From: an uncultured virus (IMG/VR IMGVR_UViG_3300028809_000684)
Lineage: Duplodnaviria > Heunggongvirae > Uroviricota > Caudoviricetes
Direction: 5' to 3' (one strand)
DNA length: 64,000 nt
Virus record (IMG/VR): IMGVR_UViG_3300028809_000684
Below are positions 17,518 to 28,648 of this stretch, piece after piece. Position 1 is the first letter of the stretch. Each line of letters opens with the position of its first letter. The translations under genes were made by a program, and so were the position numbers. A model generated the notes under the pieces. That model was not told the DNA's origin. It did not search any database and was given only the letters and a program-made list of their open reading frames with translations.

Positions 17518-18203
17518 AGGTCCTCAGCCCGAAACGGGCCAGTCAGTGGTGACGGAAAAGCCGCGGTCTGCGGCGAACGCCTCAACGATCGCGAACTTGG
17601 GATCCGGGCCGACAAAGCCGAGAACCTTGACGAAACGTCGGGAGCCGCGGGCGAGATCAGTGAAATCCTTCACGTACGAACGGAGACCTTTGTACTTAAT
17701 CCCGAGCCGCTGCAGCAGATCTCGTACGGCCTCCTTCGTTTCCTTCGCATCAGTCCTCGGAGTGTCAAGCCGGGCGCCTTCAAGAGACAGCTTGAGGCCG
17801 ACCACCTCCAATGCGGACCGGAGCTTACCGGGATCGACTTTGTAGGTCGAGCCCGGGTGGTGCAGTTGGACGTCGTCTGAGAGCATCAGACAGAGAAGTT
17901 CGATGCGATCTGTCATCGGCACAGGCTCACAATGAAGAGCAGAGGGATGAGGAACAGCAGCCAAATGTGAATCAGCGCGTTCCACCGGAAAAGCTCGCGA
18001 CCCTGCGGTGTCACGTTGTCGCCAACAATGGCCCACAGCAGGAAAAGGAATATCTGGAAGAGGAGATCCGCTCCCGCAAACCAGTTGAGGAACGTGGTCA
18101 TTCCAGGAACTTCCCGTGGGGTAAGGCGGCGGAAAACTCCCAAGCGTCGTACGGCTCGCCGTCGTCGTCCCGCTTCGTGCGTGCGAGGGCGTCAACGTCA
18201 TAG

Positions 18204-18656
18204 TCACGAACTTCGACGACGAGATCGTCCGGGAGGTTTCGAATCTCCTGAACTGCTCCGTGCTTGACCACCACGGTTATGCTTGGGTTTGACATCGTGC
18301 TTCGATCCTAGAGGTTGACTGTGGTATTCCTCGATCGTGAATGGTGCGATCGTCGCATCGTCCGTGATCTTCATCGCGAACTCGGCAGCCTGCTGTTTCT
18401 CTTCGTCGTGAAACCGCTTCAGAACGGAACGTCCGTAGCGAAGGGCGCCGATGCAGTGGTTGCCGTGCTCCAGCACGGCGTCATCGTCGAGTCCGAGCTG
18501 CTTGAGCCGCGGGATATCGACGTGGCAGATCATGTCTCCATCGTGATGAACGATGTTGTGCAGATCCTGAGGCGTCAGAGGGCCGAGCCAGCCGCGAGGA
18601 GCGCCCTGGCGAAAGGGACACTCCTGGCTCATGCGCAGCCGATCGTATCGAGGCAT
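18204..18656 (-). CDS. Second DUF6283-like Cys/His protein
   Basis: ECPFRQ...ICH...HCIGA. Confidence 0.5.
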   Translation of the reverse strand: MPRYDRLRMSQECPFRQGAPRGWLGPLTPQDLHNIVHHDGDMICHVDIPRLKQLGLDDDAVLEHGNHCIGALRYGRSVLKRFHDEEKQQAAEFAMKITDDATIAPFTIEEYHSQPLGSKHDVKPKHNRGGQARSSSGDSKPPGRSRRRSS

Positions 18657-18663
18657 ACTGCTC

Positions 18664-19578
18664 CTAGTGAATGTCGAGCGCACGGGCGTGATCCGCGTGC
18701 ATGATCTCGTGCGGAATGGCGCGGCGGGCCAGATCGAGAATGGCATCCAGCGGAAGCCGCTCGTCGATCTCCGCCTCAGCGACAGAGCCCCACTTCGATT
18801 CGTACCAGACATCTCCACGCCACTGAGCGCGGACACCGCCTACGAAGAGGGCATAGAAGCCAGGCTGGACGGGTACGGCGACCCAGGTTGTTTCGCCGGC
18901 GAACTGCCGGAGCTGGTTGTGATTTCGCCACTTGTAGGTGTACTGGTCTTCCGGCAGCGACGGCTTGTAGCGGTCAGACGTACGCCCGAAGAACAGACTG
19001 CCACGAGGAGAGATCCCTAGCAGCATCAGGTCAGGATCGGACTGCGGAAAATCGATCACGGGTTGCAGCAGGATCGTCTTGATCCGGGCCGCGTGCTTTC
19101 GGGTCCGCTCTCGCAGCCGCTTGTAGAGCAGCTCGTAGCGATCCGGCCAGCACCGTCGCCAAAGAACCCAAGCATGCTTCGGCAGAGACGTCCGGCTGCA
19201 CCGCGAGAAGAAGAACGCAATCCGGCGCTTCTTTCCGCGGGTGAACCAGGCCATGTAGAAGTGCATCCGGCGGTGTCGGTCTTTGTGAGAGAAGCTGTAC
19301 TCCTCTGGAAACCGAACGGCGAAGCCGTAGATCACACCGGAAGGCGAAAACGCCTGATCCGCGTACCGGGCCAGTATGCCGTTGATCTGGCCGTCAGTCG
19401 GCCGTTGCGACGGCGGAATAAGACGCTGGATCTCCTGCAGCCGATACTTGCGCTGAAGGTAGGACGGATCCGTCAGCTTCCAGGTCTTCTCGACAAGCAC
19501 CTTCAGCCGGTTGTAGACCTGAGGGTGCATCCCGGCCGTCCGATTCCGACCGACCTGCTTCTTACGACCCCTGGGCAC
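18664..19578 (-). CDS. Basic hypothetical protein
   Basis: 304-aa ORF; GGAGG RBS. Confidence 0.65.
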   Translation of the reverse strand: MPRGRKKQVGRNRTAGMHPQVYNRLKVLVEKTWKLTDPSYLQRKYRLQEIQRLIPPSQRPTDGQINGILARYADQAFSPSGVIYGFAVRFPEEYSFSHKDRHRRMHFYMAWFTRGKKRRIAFFFSRCSRTSLPKHAWVLWRRCWPDRYELLYKRLRERTRKHAARIKTILLQPVIDFPQSDPDLMLLGISPRGSLFFGRTSDRYKPSLPEDQYTYKWRNHNQLRQFAGETTWVAVPVQPGFYALFVGGVRAQWRGDVWYESKWGSVAEAEIDERLPLDAILDLARRAIPHEIMHADHARALDIH

Positions 19579-19826
19579 GAAACGCCTCCACCAGCTGCAT
19601 CAGCTCTTCGAATCGCTCGTCGTCGATGTCCGGGTCCCACGCTCTCCAGATCGTCTTGGTCTGGAAGTACGTGAAAACGTGCCGCTTCATGTCGTGGCGA
19701 ACGCCAGAGACCATGAACTCGGCGGCGAGCTTTGCGACTTGTTCAGCATCCGTGTCGGCCATCCGGTTGGCGTGACGGACATTGCGTGCATACCGCGTCT
19801 CTAAGACGACTTCCGGCTGATCCATG

Positions 19827-20463
19827 TCAGATCCGATAAACAGGCGAATGCTCGTCCGGCTTCGCAAACAGCTCCGGCCGCTTGTGCTCGTACAGATTCT
19901 TCGGCCAAACCGCGATCACAGTCCGACCACTGCCCTCGTAGGCGTTGTTGACTGCCTCTGTCAGTGCTGCACTGGAGCTCACGTTTGTCAGGTAGTCCTT
20001 CGAGCCCTGGATGATCGCCGGCTCCAGGTTGATACTGCATGACAACTCGGTGTCCTGTACCACCAGAATGCAGTAGTCCTGGTGGTGACCATCCGGCGCT
20101 TCGAGCAGGGCTGTATCGTCGTCCAGCCGCTCAAAATGGATCTGCCCATTCAGGATCGACAGCCGGATCGCAGAGGCTGGACCGTCCGCATGAACAAGGA
20201 TAACGTCCTTGCCATCCGGCGAATCGAAGACCCCACCGCCGTACAGTTCCGTGAAACTGTCGGCACCTCTCTCCTCGACGGGATAGTGCGGCTTCTTGGC
20301 TGCAGGCGGGGACACCACCTTCTTTTCTTTCAGCACCTGCGAACTCGTGCCTCGCGGCCTGCCCTTCGGCCAACCGCCGCGGCGTCGCGGTTTGCGTTCT
20401 TCAACTTCATCCAGGTCGTACGACTCCTTCGCACGAACCGTGGTTGCTTTCCTTTTGGCCATG
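19827..20463 (-). CDS. Hypothetical protein with an AT-hook-like basic N-terminus
   Basis: MAKRKATT...GWPKGRPRG. Confidence 0.6.
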
Positions 20464-20469
20464 ACCTTC

Positions 20470-20922
20470 TCAATACGAATGGAGATGCTCATTCCGCGGC
20501 CGGTTGCAGTGATCGACGTCGGCCAGCGTGGAGTTGAGCGGAAAATGCGTGATGTGCCCGCAACAGTCGTGATCGCGGTAGTAGCCCTTCTCGTCGCTCC
20601 ACCTCTCCCTCGGGAGGAAGCGATGATCGACAACGAACCCGCGATACTTCCGGCGGAAGTAGATCATGTACGTCACCCAGATCGAGTTGGCGATCGTGAC
20701 GTTGAGGGCGCCGACGGCACTGAACCACGCCCGGTAGCTCGGGTAGTAGATGAAGACGTTCCAGTAGCCCCAGGCAGTGAAAAAAGCGATCGGAAAGATC
20801 GAGATTCCCTTCAGCACCTTGTCTCTTCGGATCTGGCGAATGTTCAACCAGACCAGACAGCCACCGACGATTTCAAACAGCCCGTTTGTAAAGTCCAGCC
20901 AGCTCACGATGCCTCCGAGCAT
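20470..20922 (-). CDS. Membrane protein (PQ-loop/SemiSWEET-like, 3 TM) with a C-terminal Cys/His tail
   Basis: NIRQIRRDKVLKGIS..IAFFTAWGYWN. Confidence 0.5.
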   Translation of the reverse strand: MLGGIVSWLDFTNGLFEIVGGCLVWLNIRQIRRDKVLKGISIFPIAFFTAWGYWNVFIYYPSYRAWFSAVGALNVTIANSIWVTYMIYFRRKYRGFVVDHRFLPRERWSDEKGYYRDHDCCGHITHFPLNSTLADVDHCNRPRNEHLHSY

Positions 20923-21401
20923 CAAGCGTTGTCCCCGTCCGGGACGAGAAGCCCAGGTTCGTCCTCGGGCTCGACCCATTCTGTCGGGTGGACGTCGAAC
21001 TCGGCAATCTCAGGGTTGCCGATCTCATCAAGAACGCCCGGCGTCGAAGTCGCCGTGTCGAGTAACTGCCCAAGACAAACCCGGATATCCTCCGGGGTCG
21101 TCTTGGATGGATCAAACGTCACGCCCAGCATGAGCGTGATACTCGTCTTCATTTGGACCCCGCAAGGGAGCAGTCAGGCTGCTCCAAGAACAAAAGCGGA
21201 TCGTCCACAATCGGGTGCGATAGCGCAGCCGGCTTGTTGACGTCCGCTTCGACACTGTCCATGAACTCTCTCTCACTGCGGCTGGACTCGACAGCGTCGT
21301 GTCCGGCCAGCGGCAAGGCGATTAGCGTGACCACAATGACCAGCTCTGCAAACGGAAGGCAGCCCAGGGCTGCCAGAACAGCTTTCATGAGGGCTGCCTC
21401 C

Positions 21402-21431
21402 AAAAGAAAGGGCCTCCCCGAAAGGAGGCCC
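21402..21431 (-). terminator. Intrinsic terminator after the DUF1559 gene
   Basis: GGGCCTCC-TTTCGG-GGAGGCCC followed by TTTCTTTT. Confidence 0.7.
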
Positions 21432-21450
21432 CGGTGCCGGAAAAGGAAAC

Positions 21451-22620
21451 TCAGTTGGTCGACGGGAGGTCGACCTGTTCTCCGTCGTTACGAGCGATCA
21501 GCTTCGCGATGACGGCGCCGTCGGTGTTCTCGCTCAGGAACCGAACGGCTCCATCAGCGAAGACAGCCTGAGCACCACCCACATGGAAGCTGTAGATCTC
21601 GTCGTTCGGGCCACAGTTGTTGGTCGTCCACGGGCAACCCGGGGTCGGGCTGGTCGGTCCACCGGTCGGACGATTGTTGTTGTTGATCAGACGATGCGTC
21701 GAACCAGCCTGAGCCGGCGGGCCGGACACACCACTGCCGTTGTCGGGATCAGCCCACCGATTCGGGCACCGGCTGGCCGAGCCCGATCCGGAAGCGTCCT
21801 TGCAGTTGTCCGTGGTCCCACCGTTAGCGGTGGAGGCCAGGTACTTGCTGCGGATCCCGCCGTTGGCAGTGAGGTACTGCTTGCCGGCGTCTTCCGCGAT
21901 CGCGACCGTGTTGCTGGTTCCGTCCGTGATCAGACCCATCGCGGTGCCGCCCAGAGACAGAGCTCCATCGCGACGCGAGTTCCGATCCGTGGACGTCGCC
22001 GGATTCCGCCGGCCGAGGGCCACCGTCGTCGCCGAGGTCCCCGTCAGGTCCGTCGACGCGATCACGATGTCGGTGTAGACGGTCGGCATGTAGTCGGTCT
22101 GACCGTACCCCATCTCATCATCGACGTAGACACCGTTGCTCGGGCAGAGCAGGGCGGCGATCTTCGTCTTGGCGGCTTCCCGGTTCCGGTACTGCGGCGA
22201 GGTCGTGACCGTGCTGGCGGCGTTGTAGTGGTACTTCAGGTCCATCGTGTTGTACACGGGCGCCTGATCGAAGTACGGCAGCAGCGACGTGAACGTCGAA
22301 TGCGGATCGAACGCCGTGTCGTGCTTCGTGCCCACCCACTGACCGTTGGTGAGGGTCAGCCCCTCGGTCGCCAGCCCGGACGCCTGCGTGGCCGTCCAGT
22401 TCGTTCCTTCCCCACCACTCGGGAACCGCTTGTAGGCGGACTCGTAGTTGTGGAGAGCCAGTCCCATCTGCTTCAAATTGTTCTTGCAGGTGCTGCGACG
22501 AGCAGCCTCGCGCGCCTGCTGGACCGCTGGCAGCAGGATTGCCACCAGGACTGCGATGATCGCGATGACCACCAGCAGCTCAATCAACGTGAAACCCCGA
22601 CGCAAAGAAGAACGTGCCAT
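21451..22620 (-). CDS. DUF1559 prepilin-type N-methylation protein (Planctomycetota family)
   Basis: [77 protein letters not shown] (H-X9-DG). Confidence 0.97.
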   Translation of the reverse strand: MARSSLRRGFTLIELLVVIAIIAVLVAILLPAVQQAREAARRSTCKNNLKQMGLALHNYESAYKRFPSGGEGTNWTATQASGLATEGLTLTNGQWVGTKHDTAFDPHSTFTSLLPYFDQAPVYNTMDLKYHYNAASTVTTSPQYRNREAAKTKIAALLCPSNGVYVDDEMGYGQTDYMPTVYTDIVIASTDLTGTSATTVALGRRNPATSTDRNSRRDGALSLGGTAMGLITDGTSNTVAIAEDAGKQYLTANGGIRSKYLASTANGGTTDNCKDASGSGSASRCPNRWADPDNGSGVSGPPAQAGSTHRLINNNNRPTGGPTSPTPGCPWTTNNCGPNDEIYSFHVGGAQAVFADGAVRFLSENTDGAVIAKLIARNDGEQVDLPSTN

Positions 22621-22734
22621 CGGAAAAACCCTTGGCCTGTCACTCACAGGCAGAGGCCGTCTGAGACGGCGGATGTGGAGCGAATGCTCCAAAACAAATG
22701 CCAGGAGTATTGCACCCCTGGCACCTGTGACTTG

Positions 22735-23184
22735 TCAACTCGGATCGGCCGCGGCTTTGGCAGCGGTCTTCGGCTGCCAGTTCGGATTCCGCAGCCGGCG
22801 GATCTCTTCGCGAGCCGCGATACCGACAGCCCGCTGGAAGCCCAGCCGGCGCCAGAACGGCTCGTTCTTGCCGAAGTTGTACTTGCCGTGCAGCTCGGTT
22901 CCGTCCGGTCGAACGACCGTGACCGAGGTGAAGCCGCCCTTGGCCGAGACAACCTGGCCGAAGGGAATCATGGAGAGCTGCGGGAAGCCGAAAGGACGCT
23001 CCCCTCTCCAGACGAGCTTGCCATCGGCCTGAGCCAGTTCGAAGTCGTGACGAGTCATCACGGTATCGAACGTGACCGGCTTGCCTGGATCGGCGATCTC
23101 GACAGCCACTCCTTCAAGCCGGCGGTAGTGCCGACCCTTGATGAAGTAGCCGTTGTCGAGCAGAAGTTTCACTGTGTTCAATGG
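22735..23184 (-). CDS. Hypothetical phage protein
   Basis: ORF in the minus-strand string; start uncertain. Confidence 0.55.
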   Translation of the reverse strand, partial: PLNTVKLLLDNGYFIKGRHYRRLEGVAVEIADPGKPVTFDTVMTRHDFELAQADGKLVWRGERPFGFPQLSMIPFGQVVSAKGGFTSVTVVRPDGTELHGKYNFGKNEPFWRRLGFQRAVGIAAREEIRRLRNPNWQPKTAAKAAADPS

Positions 23185-23842
23185 ATCCTCACGGAATGCG
23201 AAGTGGTGTGTAGCCAGCGGCAATCCGAAATCGGTTGATCCGCTGATAGAGAGCTAACCGGCCGTACTGTTGAGCGAAACGGCGCTGGCAAGCTGAGATG
23301 TCGGAGCGGTCGTAGGTCCGCTCCCAGAACAGAAGGTAGATTCGGAACATCCGTAGGCTCATACGGCCCTCAGAATGATCCTGTCTTGCATGGCCCAGAC
23401 GAAGTCTGCACCGTTCACCCAGCTCCCGGTGGAGCAGCGTCAAAGTGTGACTCATTGTCTCCTACCCGAATGCCCCGGTCTTTGAGATACCGGCGGAGTT
23501 TGACTTCCGTGCCTATGAAATAGCCCTTAACGCTGCCGACCATCATGTCCGGTGCGTTTGCGTACAGCGTGTCCAAGGACAACACCACGTCGCGTAGCAA
23601 CTCCTGCTCCACAGTCAGACGGGTCAGAGGAACAGCATCCACGCCCTTGGAAGCGCGAACCTGATCCTCGACCCATCGCATCGCCATGAACGTTCGATCC
23701 GCGACCTTCGTGCGAAAGACGCGAGTCTGAGTTCGTTTCGGGAAGTCGATCGCCGCGGTGACCGTCTTCGGCGTCGTCCAGAGCCGGACAGGAACTCCAG
23801 CCAGCTCGTAAGTTTCGTTTGGTTTCCGAGAAGGCAGTCTGT

Positions 23843-24439
23843 TCACGTGAGCCTTTTCACAAAAACGGTTTCGTCCTCGCTGCTGAAGTCCGCGCGGAAC
23901 TTTCGCCCCTTACGGACGAAGGTCGCCGACTTCTTGGGTCGACGATCCAGGACGACGACCTCCTCGCCGGTCCATGTCGTCAGGGCGGTGCCTTGGCCGT
24001 GCCGCTTCTGGTAGAAGATGCGGCCCTGACCTACTTCGCAGGTCTCGTCCAAGCCTTTGATCTCGGCTGTGCTGAGGAGCTGGTTGTGAACCTTGGCCTC
24101 CTCCGGCGTCACCGGGACCTGGCCAAAGGTCGAATCGAAGACGAGCCCGGCCTCGTTGTCGAAAAGGAAGCCGAGGTGGTGCCTCGTACCCTCCTGAACA
24201 AAAGTGAGGAAGCCACCAGTTCGATCGAGCGGAGGAAGCTCTGGAGGTTTAACCCCGGGCAGCCGGCCGATCATAACCGCGTGCGCGATCGTCGTCTGGC
24301 GTCTTCCGGAGGCCGACATCGCGACCCAGCCAGCTTTGGCCTTTTCCAGTGACTCCGTAATGCCGGCGACGGCTTGAAGCTCCTGGATCGCGATCGGGCC
24401 TTGATCGTCATCAAAGACGTTCGGATACGTGTCAGCCAT
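23843..24439 (-). CDS. Hypothetical protein
   Basis: 198 aa; GAGG RBS. Confidence 0.65.
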   Translation of the reverse strand: MADTYPNVFDDDQGPIAIQELQAVAGITESLEKAKAGWVAMSASGRRQTTIAHAVMIGRLPGVKPPELPPLDRTGGFLTFVQEGTRHHLGFLFDNEAGLVFDSTFGQVPVTPEEAKVHNQLLSTAEIKGLDETCEVGQGRIFYQKRHGQGTALTTWTGEEVVVLDRRPKKSATFVRKGRKFRADFSSEDETVFVKRLT

Positions 24440-24624
24440 GATGGTTCCTCGGGTGAAAGTTGCGGCTCCGCCACACGGCTGGAACCATTGAACCGTGCGA
24501 GTTTAGCCTTAACTCCTGCTATAACCCTGTGATCAAGATGGATGAACTAGCGGGAGCGACTGTCTGTAAGCATGGCCCTTCTGCTGACCTTCCTGCCGGC
24601 GCACCAGTTTCCTACAGGATGTAA

Positions 24625-24774
24625 CGCTCGCCAGGGCTGTGGGTGCATTGCCCGGAATCCTGGCCACTTACTCAGCGTTCCACGGGTGGTCCTGAGCGGC
24701 TAGCGCTTCAGGCCTCATCCGTGCTCGCCCCTGGCAGCGGGGCTAGAAACAGAGGTTGATTGTCAGAGCCTCTG
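24625..24774 (-). ncRNA. omegaRNA-like scaffold, copy 1
   Basis: Homologous to the RNA at the 3' end of the TnpB-like gene; four co-varying stems; invariant GAACGCTG and CACAGCCC. Confidence 0.8.
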
Positions 24775-24880
24775 CTCTTGGACTGTTCGGGCTTGAGTCG
24801 AAAATGGCTCGTGCCTGACTGCGACGTACAGCGGCCTGCGCAGCGGAGGAGCGTTTCTGCGTTAATCTGGCCAGCAGGGA

Positions 24881-24946
24881 CCACAACATCAGGATCGAGA
24901 CGTGGTGCTAAAGGTCCTCACGTTCTACCGCCACAACATCAGGATC
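24881..24946. repeat. 16-nt direct repeat CCACAACATCAGGATC (x2)
   Basis: Exact copies at 24881-24896 and 24931-24946. Confidence 0.9.
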
Positions 24947-24956
24947 TAGATCCAAA

Positions 24957-25107
24957 CATTGCCGGGGCTGTGGACACATTGTCCTGAATCCCGGCCACTT
25001 ACGCAGCGTTCCGCGAGCGGTTCCGAGCGGCGAGCGCATTCAGACCTTACTCGCGCTTGGCCCCGGTGATGGGCCTAGACATCGGGGTTGAAAGTCAGAG
25101 CCCCTAT
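24957..25107 (-). ncRNA. omegaRNA-like scaffold, copy 2
   Basis: Same architecture; P2 loop ATCACCG. Confidence 0.8.
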
Positions 25108-25424
25108 TCGGATGCAGCAGCGACTGCCGACTTCTTGGCCTTGTGGCGGATCGCCTGGGTGACCTGGCGCTCCGTCGTGACGATGGCGTGCTTGTGGCTG
25201 GTTCGCATGGCGTCCCAGCGGCCGGCACTGATCCCGACGACAATCGCGTTCGGGTTCTGCTTCTGAACTCGCACGAGCTGCTGCTCAGCGAACTCAGCAT
25301 TGCAGAAGATCAGCATCCGCCCCTTCGGATCAACGAAGGGGACCGGCTGCGGATCTGATGGAGTGAAGATGGCCCACCGGATCGAATGCGACCGGTGGCG
25401 AAGAGCGGGTTCAAACTTGGCCAT
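25104..25424 (-). CDS. Hypothetical protein
   Basis: AAGGA RBS; stop codon overlaps scaffold copy 2. Confidence 0.6.
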   Translation of the reverse strand: MAKFEPALRHRSHSIRWAIFTPSDPQPVPFVDPKGRMLIFCNAEFAEQQLVRVQKQNPNAIVVGISAGRWDAMRTSHKHAIVTTERQVTQAIRHKAKKSAVAAASE

Positions 25425-25467
25425 GAACTGATCCTTCAGAGGATGGAGTGAACGGAACGCAGCATCG

Positions 25468-26010
25468 TCACTCGGACGGGGCTTGTCCAGGCTCCTCGTT
25501 AGGGAGGTTCGCCTTCACCGCCGCCGCCAGGTTGTCGTAAACGTGGGCAATCCCCTCCGGCGACACGGACGAGAGCAGCACAACACGCTCGCTCATCCGG
25601 ACTTCGTCTTCAGGCATGCCGGTCTGATCTTCAGCGTGCGGCAGGAGGAAGAGGATGTACTCCATATCGTCCGGCAGAATCGCCTTGAACGATTCCTCAA
25701 CCACGGACGCCCAGTCGTCGCGAGTCTTGGCATCCAACTCGTTCAGGAGCGCCGGCTGACCGTCGTGGCGATAGTGCAGGTGACGTAGATACAGGCCAGC
25801 GTAGTAGATCGACATCAGCCGCGGTGGCAAGCTGCTCACAGTCATCCCGTGGAGCAGCGTCTCGCCAGTGTGCTTCTCGCCCGGTCCCGGCCGCACGCCG
25901 AAATTGAACGAGAAGTCGGTATCGGGCGGGAGCAGGTCAACAACCGCAAGCCGGATCTTTTCACCGAGCTCGCGCTGCTCCTCAGCCGACAGGTCTTTGA
26001 ACGATTTCAC
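25468..26010 (-). CDS. Hypothetical protein with an internal duplication
   Basis: Two similar halves (LLPPD...SSLPP and ILPDD...SSVSP). Confidence 0.6.
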   Translation of the reverse strand: MKSFKDLSAEEQRELGEKIRLAVVDLLPPDTDFSFNFGVRPGPGEKHTGETLLHGMTVSSLPPRLMSIYYAGLYLRHLHYRHDGQPALLNELDAKTRDDWASVVEESFKAILPDDMEYILFLLPHAEDQTGMPEDEVRMSERVVLLSSVSPEGIAHVYDNLAAAVKANLPNEEPGQAPSE

Positions 26011-26509
26011 AACAAGCCTTTCGTTTTCAGGCGTTCAACGATGAAGGCCTCGCAGTCCTCTCGGGTCGCAGGGCCGAAGATGGATTTACCGAACCAAGCA
26101 GCAGCCTGCTGATCCGACTTAGCAAGCGGATGGGCTGAGCCCCGTTCGACAACGATCGTGCGTCGCGGACTAACGCCGACGACTAGAAGATGGTGTTTGT
26201 TGGCCAGCGCTTCGAGGCGCCGCATCTGCTCCTGGATCTCGGCAATCCGAGCAGACTCAGATGGGGTAAACTCCCGAGCCATAGACTCCTTTCCGGATTC
26301 AATACCCGCGGATTGCTTATCGAGGAATGATGAAGCCGATCGCAAACCCAAAAAGGAATGCAAACGCCATAAGGCCGTACTCAGACGTATCGGACGTGAT
26401 CGGTTTCGGAACAGGCTTGCCCTCATCGCAGAAGGCGCACCACCAATGCTCTGCAGCCAAGTAGTGCGGAGTCGGTTCGATCTGGCAGCCGCAAGGCTTC
26501 CGGACCCAC

Positions 26510-26794
26510 TCAATCGTTGGGGCGTCGATTGTCGTCGCGTCCATGCTTAGCTCCGTAGATTGCATCGTGTAATCGGATCGACAGGTACATGGCGGATGAT
26601 GCCCCGCAACCAGCCGAGAACCCGAGGGTCCAGTCGCCCTTGACCACGAGAAAGACCAGGGCGACATCCAGGAACGCCATCAGGAAGGCCGTGACAATGA
26701 CCAGGCGCATGTGTCCGCCGATGACGTTCTTGTACTGGAATCCTTTAAGGAATACAGCCACAAACGACATGACGAACGAAACGAGGTAGATCAC
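26510..26794 (-). CDS. Small multi-pass membrane protein
   Basis: Three hydrophobic segments. Confidence 0.6.
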   Translation of the reverse strand: MIYLVSFVMSFVAVFLKGFQYKNVIGGHMRLVIVTAFLMAFLDVALVFLVVKGDWTLGFSAGCGASSAMYLSIRLHDAIYGAKHGRDDNRRPND

Positions 26795-27402
26795 TTCCCT
26801 TCCAGAAACTTGACCGTGTTCACCAGCACCTGGGCGAGCTGTCGTGAGATCCGGAACCGCGGCGTGTTGATGAGGATGCTGCGGAGGATGTTGCCGTTGC
26901 GATGACGCTCGCTGCTCGCCTTCCAGTCGAGGGTCATCTCCAGGATGGCCGGCAGGTTCATCTCGTTGATCGGAGAGACGTCGTTTGCCGCCTCCTCTTG
27001 GAGCCGAGCGACCAGCCGCTCCTTGACAGCCTGCGGGATATCCGTCGACCGCTCCAGCGCAGAAATATCGGAGAGCATCTCCGGATCGGGCGTACCTTCC
27101 CGGTAATGCTCGGGATGATGGTCGTTGCGGCCGTAGTGGTGATCCAGTGCTGGCTTGAGAGCCGCAAGGAACTCCTTGTACTGCGGGTCCCCGAATGTCA
27201 CGCCGTCAAGCAACGGCGTGTAGACAGCGAAGAACTCCGCTTCGGGAGACTGCAACTTGGAGAGGTCATGCCTCGATGCGCGAAGGAGAAGCTCCGTCGC
27301 CATGACGCCGAGAAGGTCACGAACCCGCGAGATGTGCGCCTGGGTCTGGACTTTCGACTCCGCCAGCGCGAGCGGGGTCACTTCCGGAAGTTGACTCGTC
27401 AA
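26791..27402 (-). CDS. DUF5662-like HD-type phage protein
   Basis: HI..V, HDLSKL, HHYGRNDHHPEHY and EMTLDW motifs. Confidence 0.75.
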   Translation of the reverse strand: MTSQLPEVTPLALAESKVQTQAHISRVRDLLGVMATELLLRASRHDLSKLQSPEAEFFAVYTPLLDGVTFGDPQYKEFLAALKPALDHHYGRNDHHPEHYREGTPDPEMLSDISALERSTDIPQAVKERLVARLQEEAANDVSPINEMNLPAILEMTLDWKASSERHRNGNILRSILINTPRFRISRQLAQVLVNTVKFLEGK

Positions 27403-28099
27403 CGAATACTCCTTGAGGTTTCAGCCGACTGATCGCACAGATGGCGTCAGCGGCCAAGACGATATCCGACAGCAAAGCGCTGTCAAAGATAATGCGAACC
27501 GCAGGGACTTCCTGTCCGTTGCGAGGCGGCAAGGACGTTGCTCTCACCTCCAGAACAGGCAGCCACCGGAACTCGCGTGAGTGAAGCCACAGGAACTTGT
27601 CCCCGACGACCACCTGAGCAGCCGCTGCCTCGTAGATGTCTCGGCCGGGTGCCAACCCACGCTCGTACACCAGACTTGCCAAACCGTCGAGGTTGGGCAC
27701 CAGCGAGGCCAGAGACTGATTCGTGCGAATGAGCTTGTCCTCCGTGCGTCGAAGGTCGTTTTGAAGCTCATAGACCAGTCCTTCGACCGCCCCACTGACC
27801 GTATCGTCATAGGCGTCGAACTTGACGTGATCGACAGAAATCACTGCCCGCACCATTCCCGAAGGAGTGGTCTGGACGCGAATGAAGTTGATGGGCTGGA
27901 GTCCATCGTATTCGCGTGTCTCAACCCAGAACGCTTCAGCGTGAAAGAACCCTTCGAACTCTCCAGTTTGCAGCTTTACGGCCGTCTCAATGGACTTCTC
28001 GTCGAGCTGCGGTACGGCCCGAGCAAGCTCGCGGCGAAATTCGAGAGCGAGGTCGTTAGCTTCGAGCGCTGACTTGGGCAGTTTGATCTCGTCGGTCAT
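27317..28099 (-). CDS. Hypothetical protein
   Basis: 260-aa ORF; ATGA coupling. Confidence 0.6.
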   Translation of the reverse strand: MTDEIKLPKSALEANDLALEFRRELARAVPQLDEKSIETAVKLQTGEFEGFFHAEAFWVETREYDGLQPINFIRVQTTPSGMVRAVISVDHVKFDAYDDTVSGAVEGLVYELQNDLRRTEDKLIRTNQSLASLVPNLDGLASLVYERGLAPGRDIYEAAAAQVVVGDKFLWLHSREFRWLPVLEVRATSLPPRNGQEVPAVRIIFDSALLSDIVLAADAICAISRLKPQGVFVDESTSGSDPARAGGVESPDPGAHLAGS

Positions 28100-28648
28100 G
28101 GTTGGCGACTGAGCCTTTCAAAGAGGAGATCCATCTCCAGCAGGTTCTCCGGTGCCAGTTCATCCGGCACGAAGTTCCAGCGGACATGGGTGTCAAAGAA
28201 GATCACCTCGATCCGCCGGCCATATCGGGAAAGGAGGTACGTCGGTGGGCCGTTGTTGGTGGCGTCCTCAAAGCCCTCCTGGAGGAGAACCGCGGGCGTG
28301 AGTTTGACCAGGCGCCGTTCTTCCATCGCCACAAGATGGCCGGCGAGCGTCATGAGGTCACGACGCTTCTGGCTGATGTTGACGTGCGGCACGGGGCCGA
28401 CGTCAGATCGGTAGGGATCCAAACCCTGGCGGCTGTCCAGCTGCCGCTTGAGTGCTTCAACGAATGCCGTTCCACGAACGATCATTCCAGTCCTGTCCTT
28501 CCTGTTGAGGCTTCTTAACCCAAGCCTGATGCTCGTACGTGTCTGCAAGGACAACGAGCACAAAGGCAAACGTGATGAATACGATCATGGCCGCGAGCAC
28601 CATGAGCATTTGAATGAGAATGTCCATAGTGCGTCGACTCCCTGATAT

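Noticed and set aside
2171..23238. Long plus-strand ORFs (2171-3307, 4693-6072, 6776-8218, 15806-16981, 21583-23238)
   Set aside because: They are antisense shadows of well-supported minus-strand genes or RNAs in GC-rich DNA and have no recognisable motifs.
24605..24622. Match of the first segment after scaffold 1 (TGTAGGAAA) to the rsr leader near 8236-8244
   Set aside because: Only 9 nt, which is expected by chance in 64 kb.
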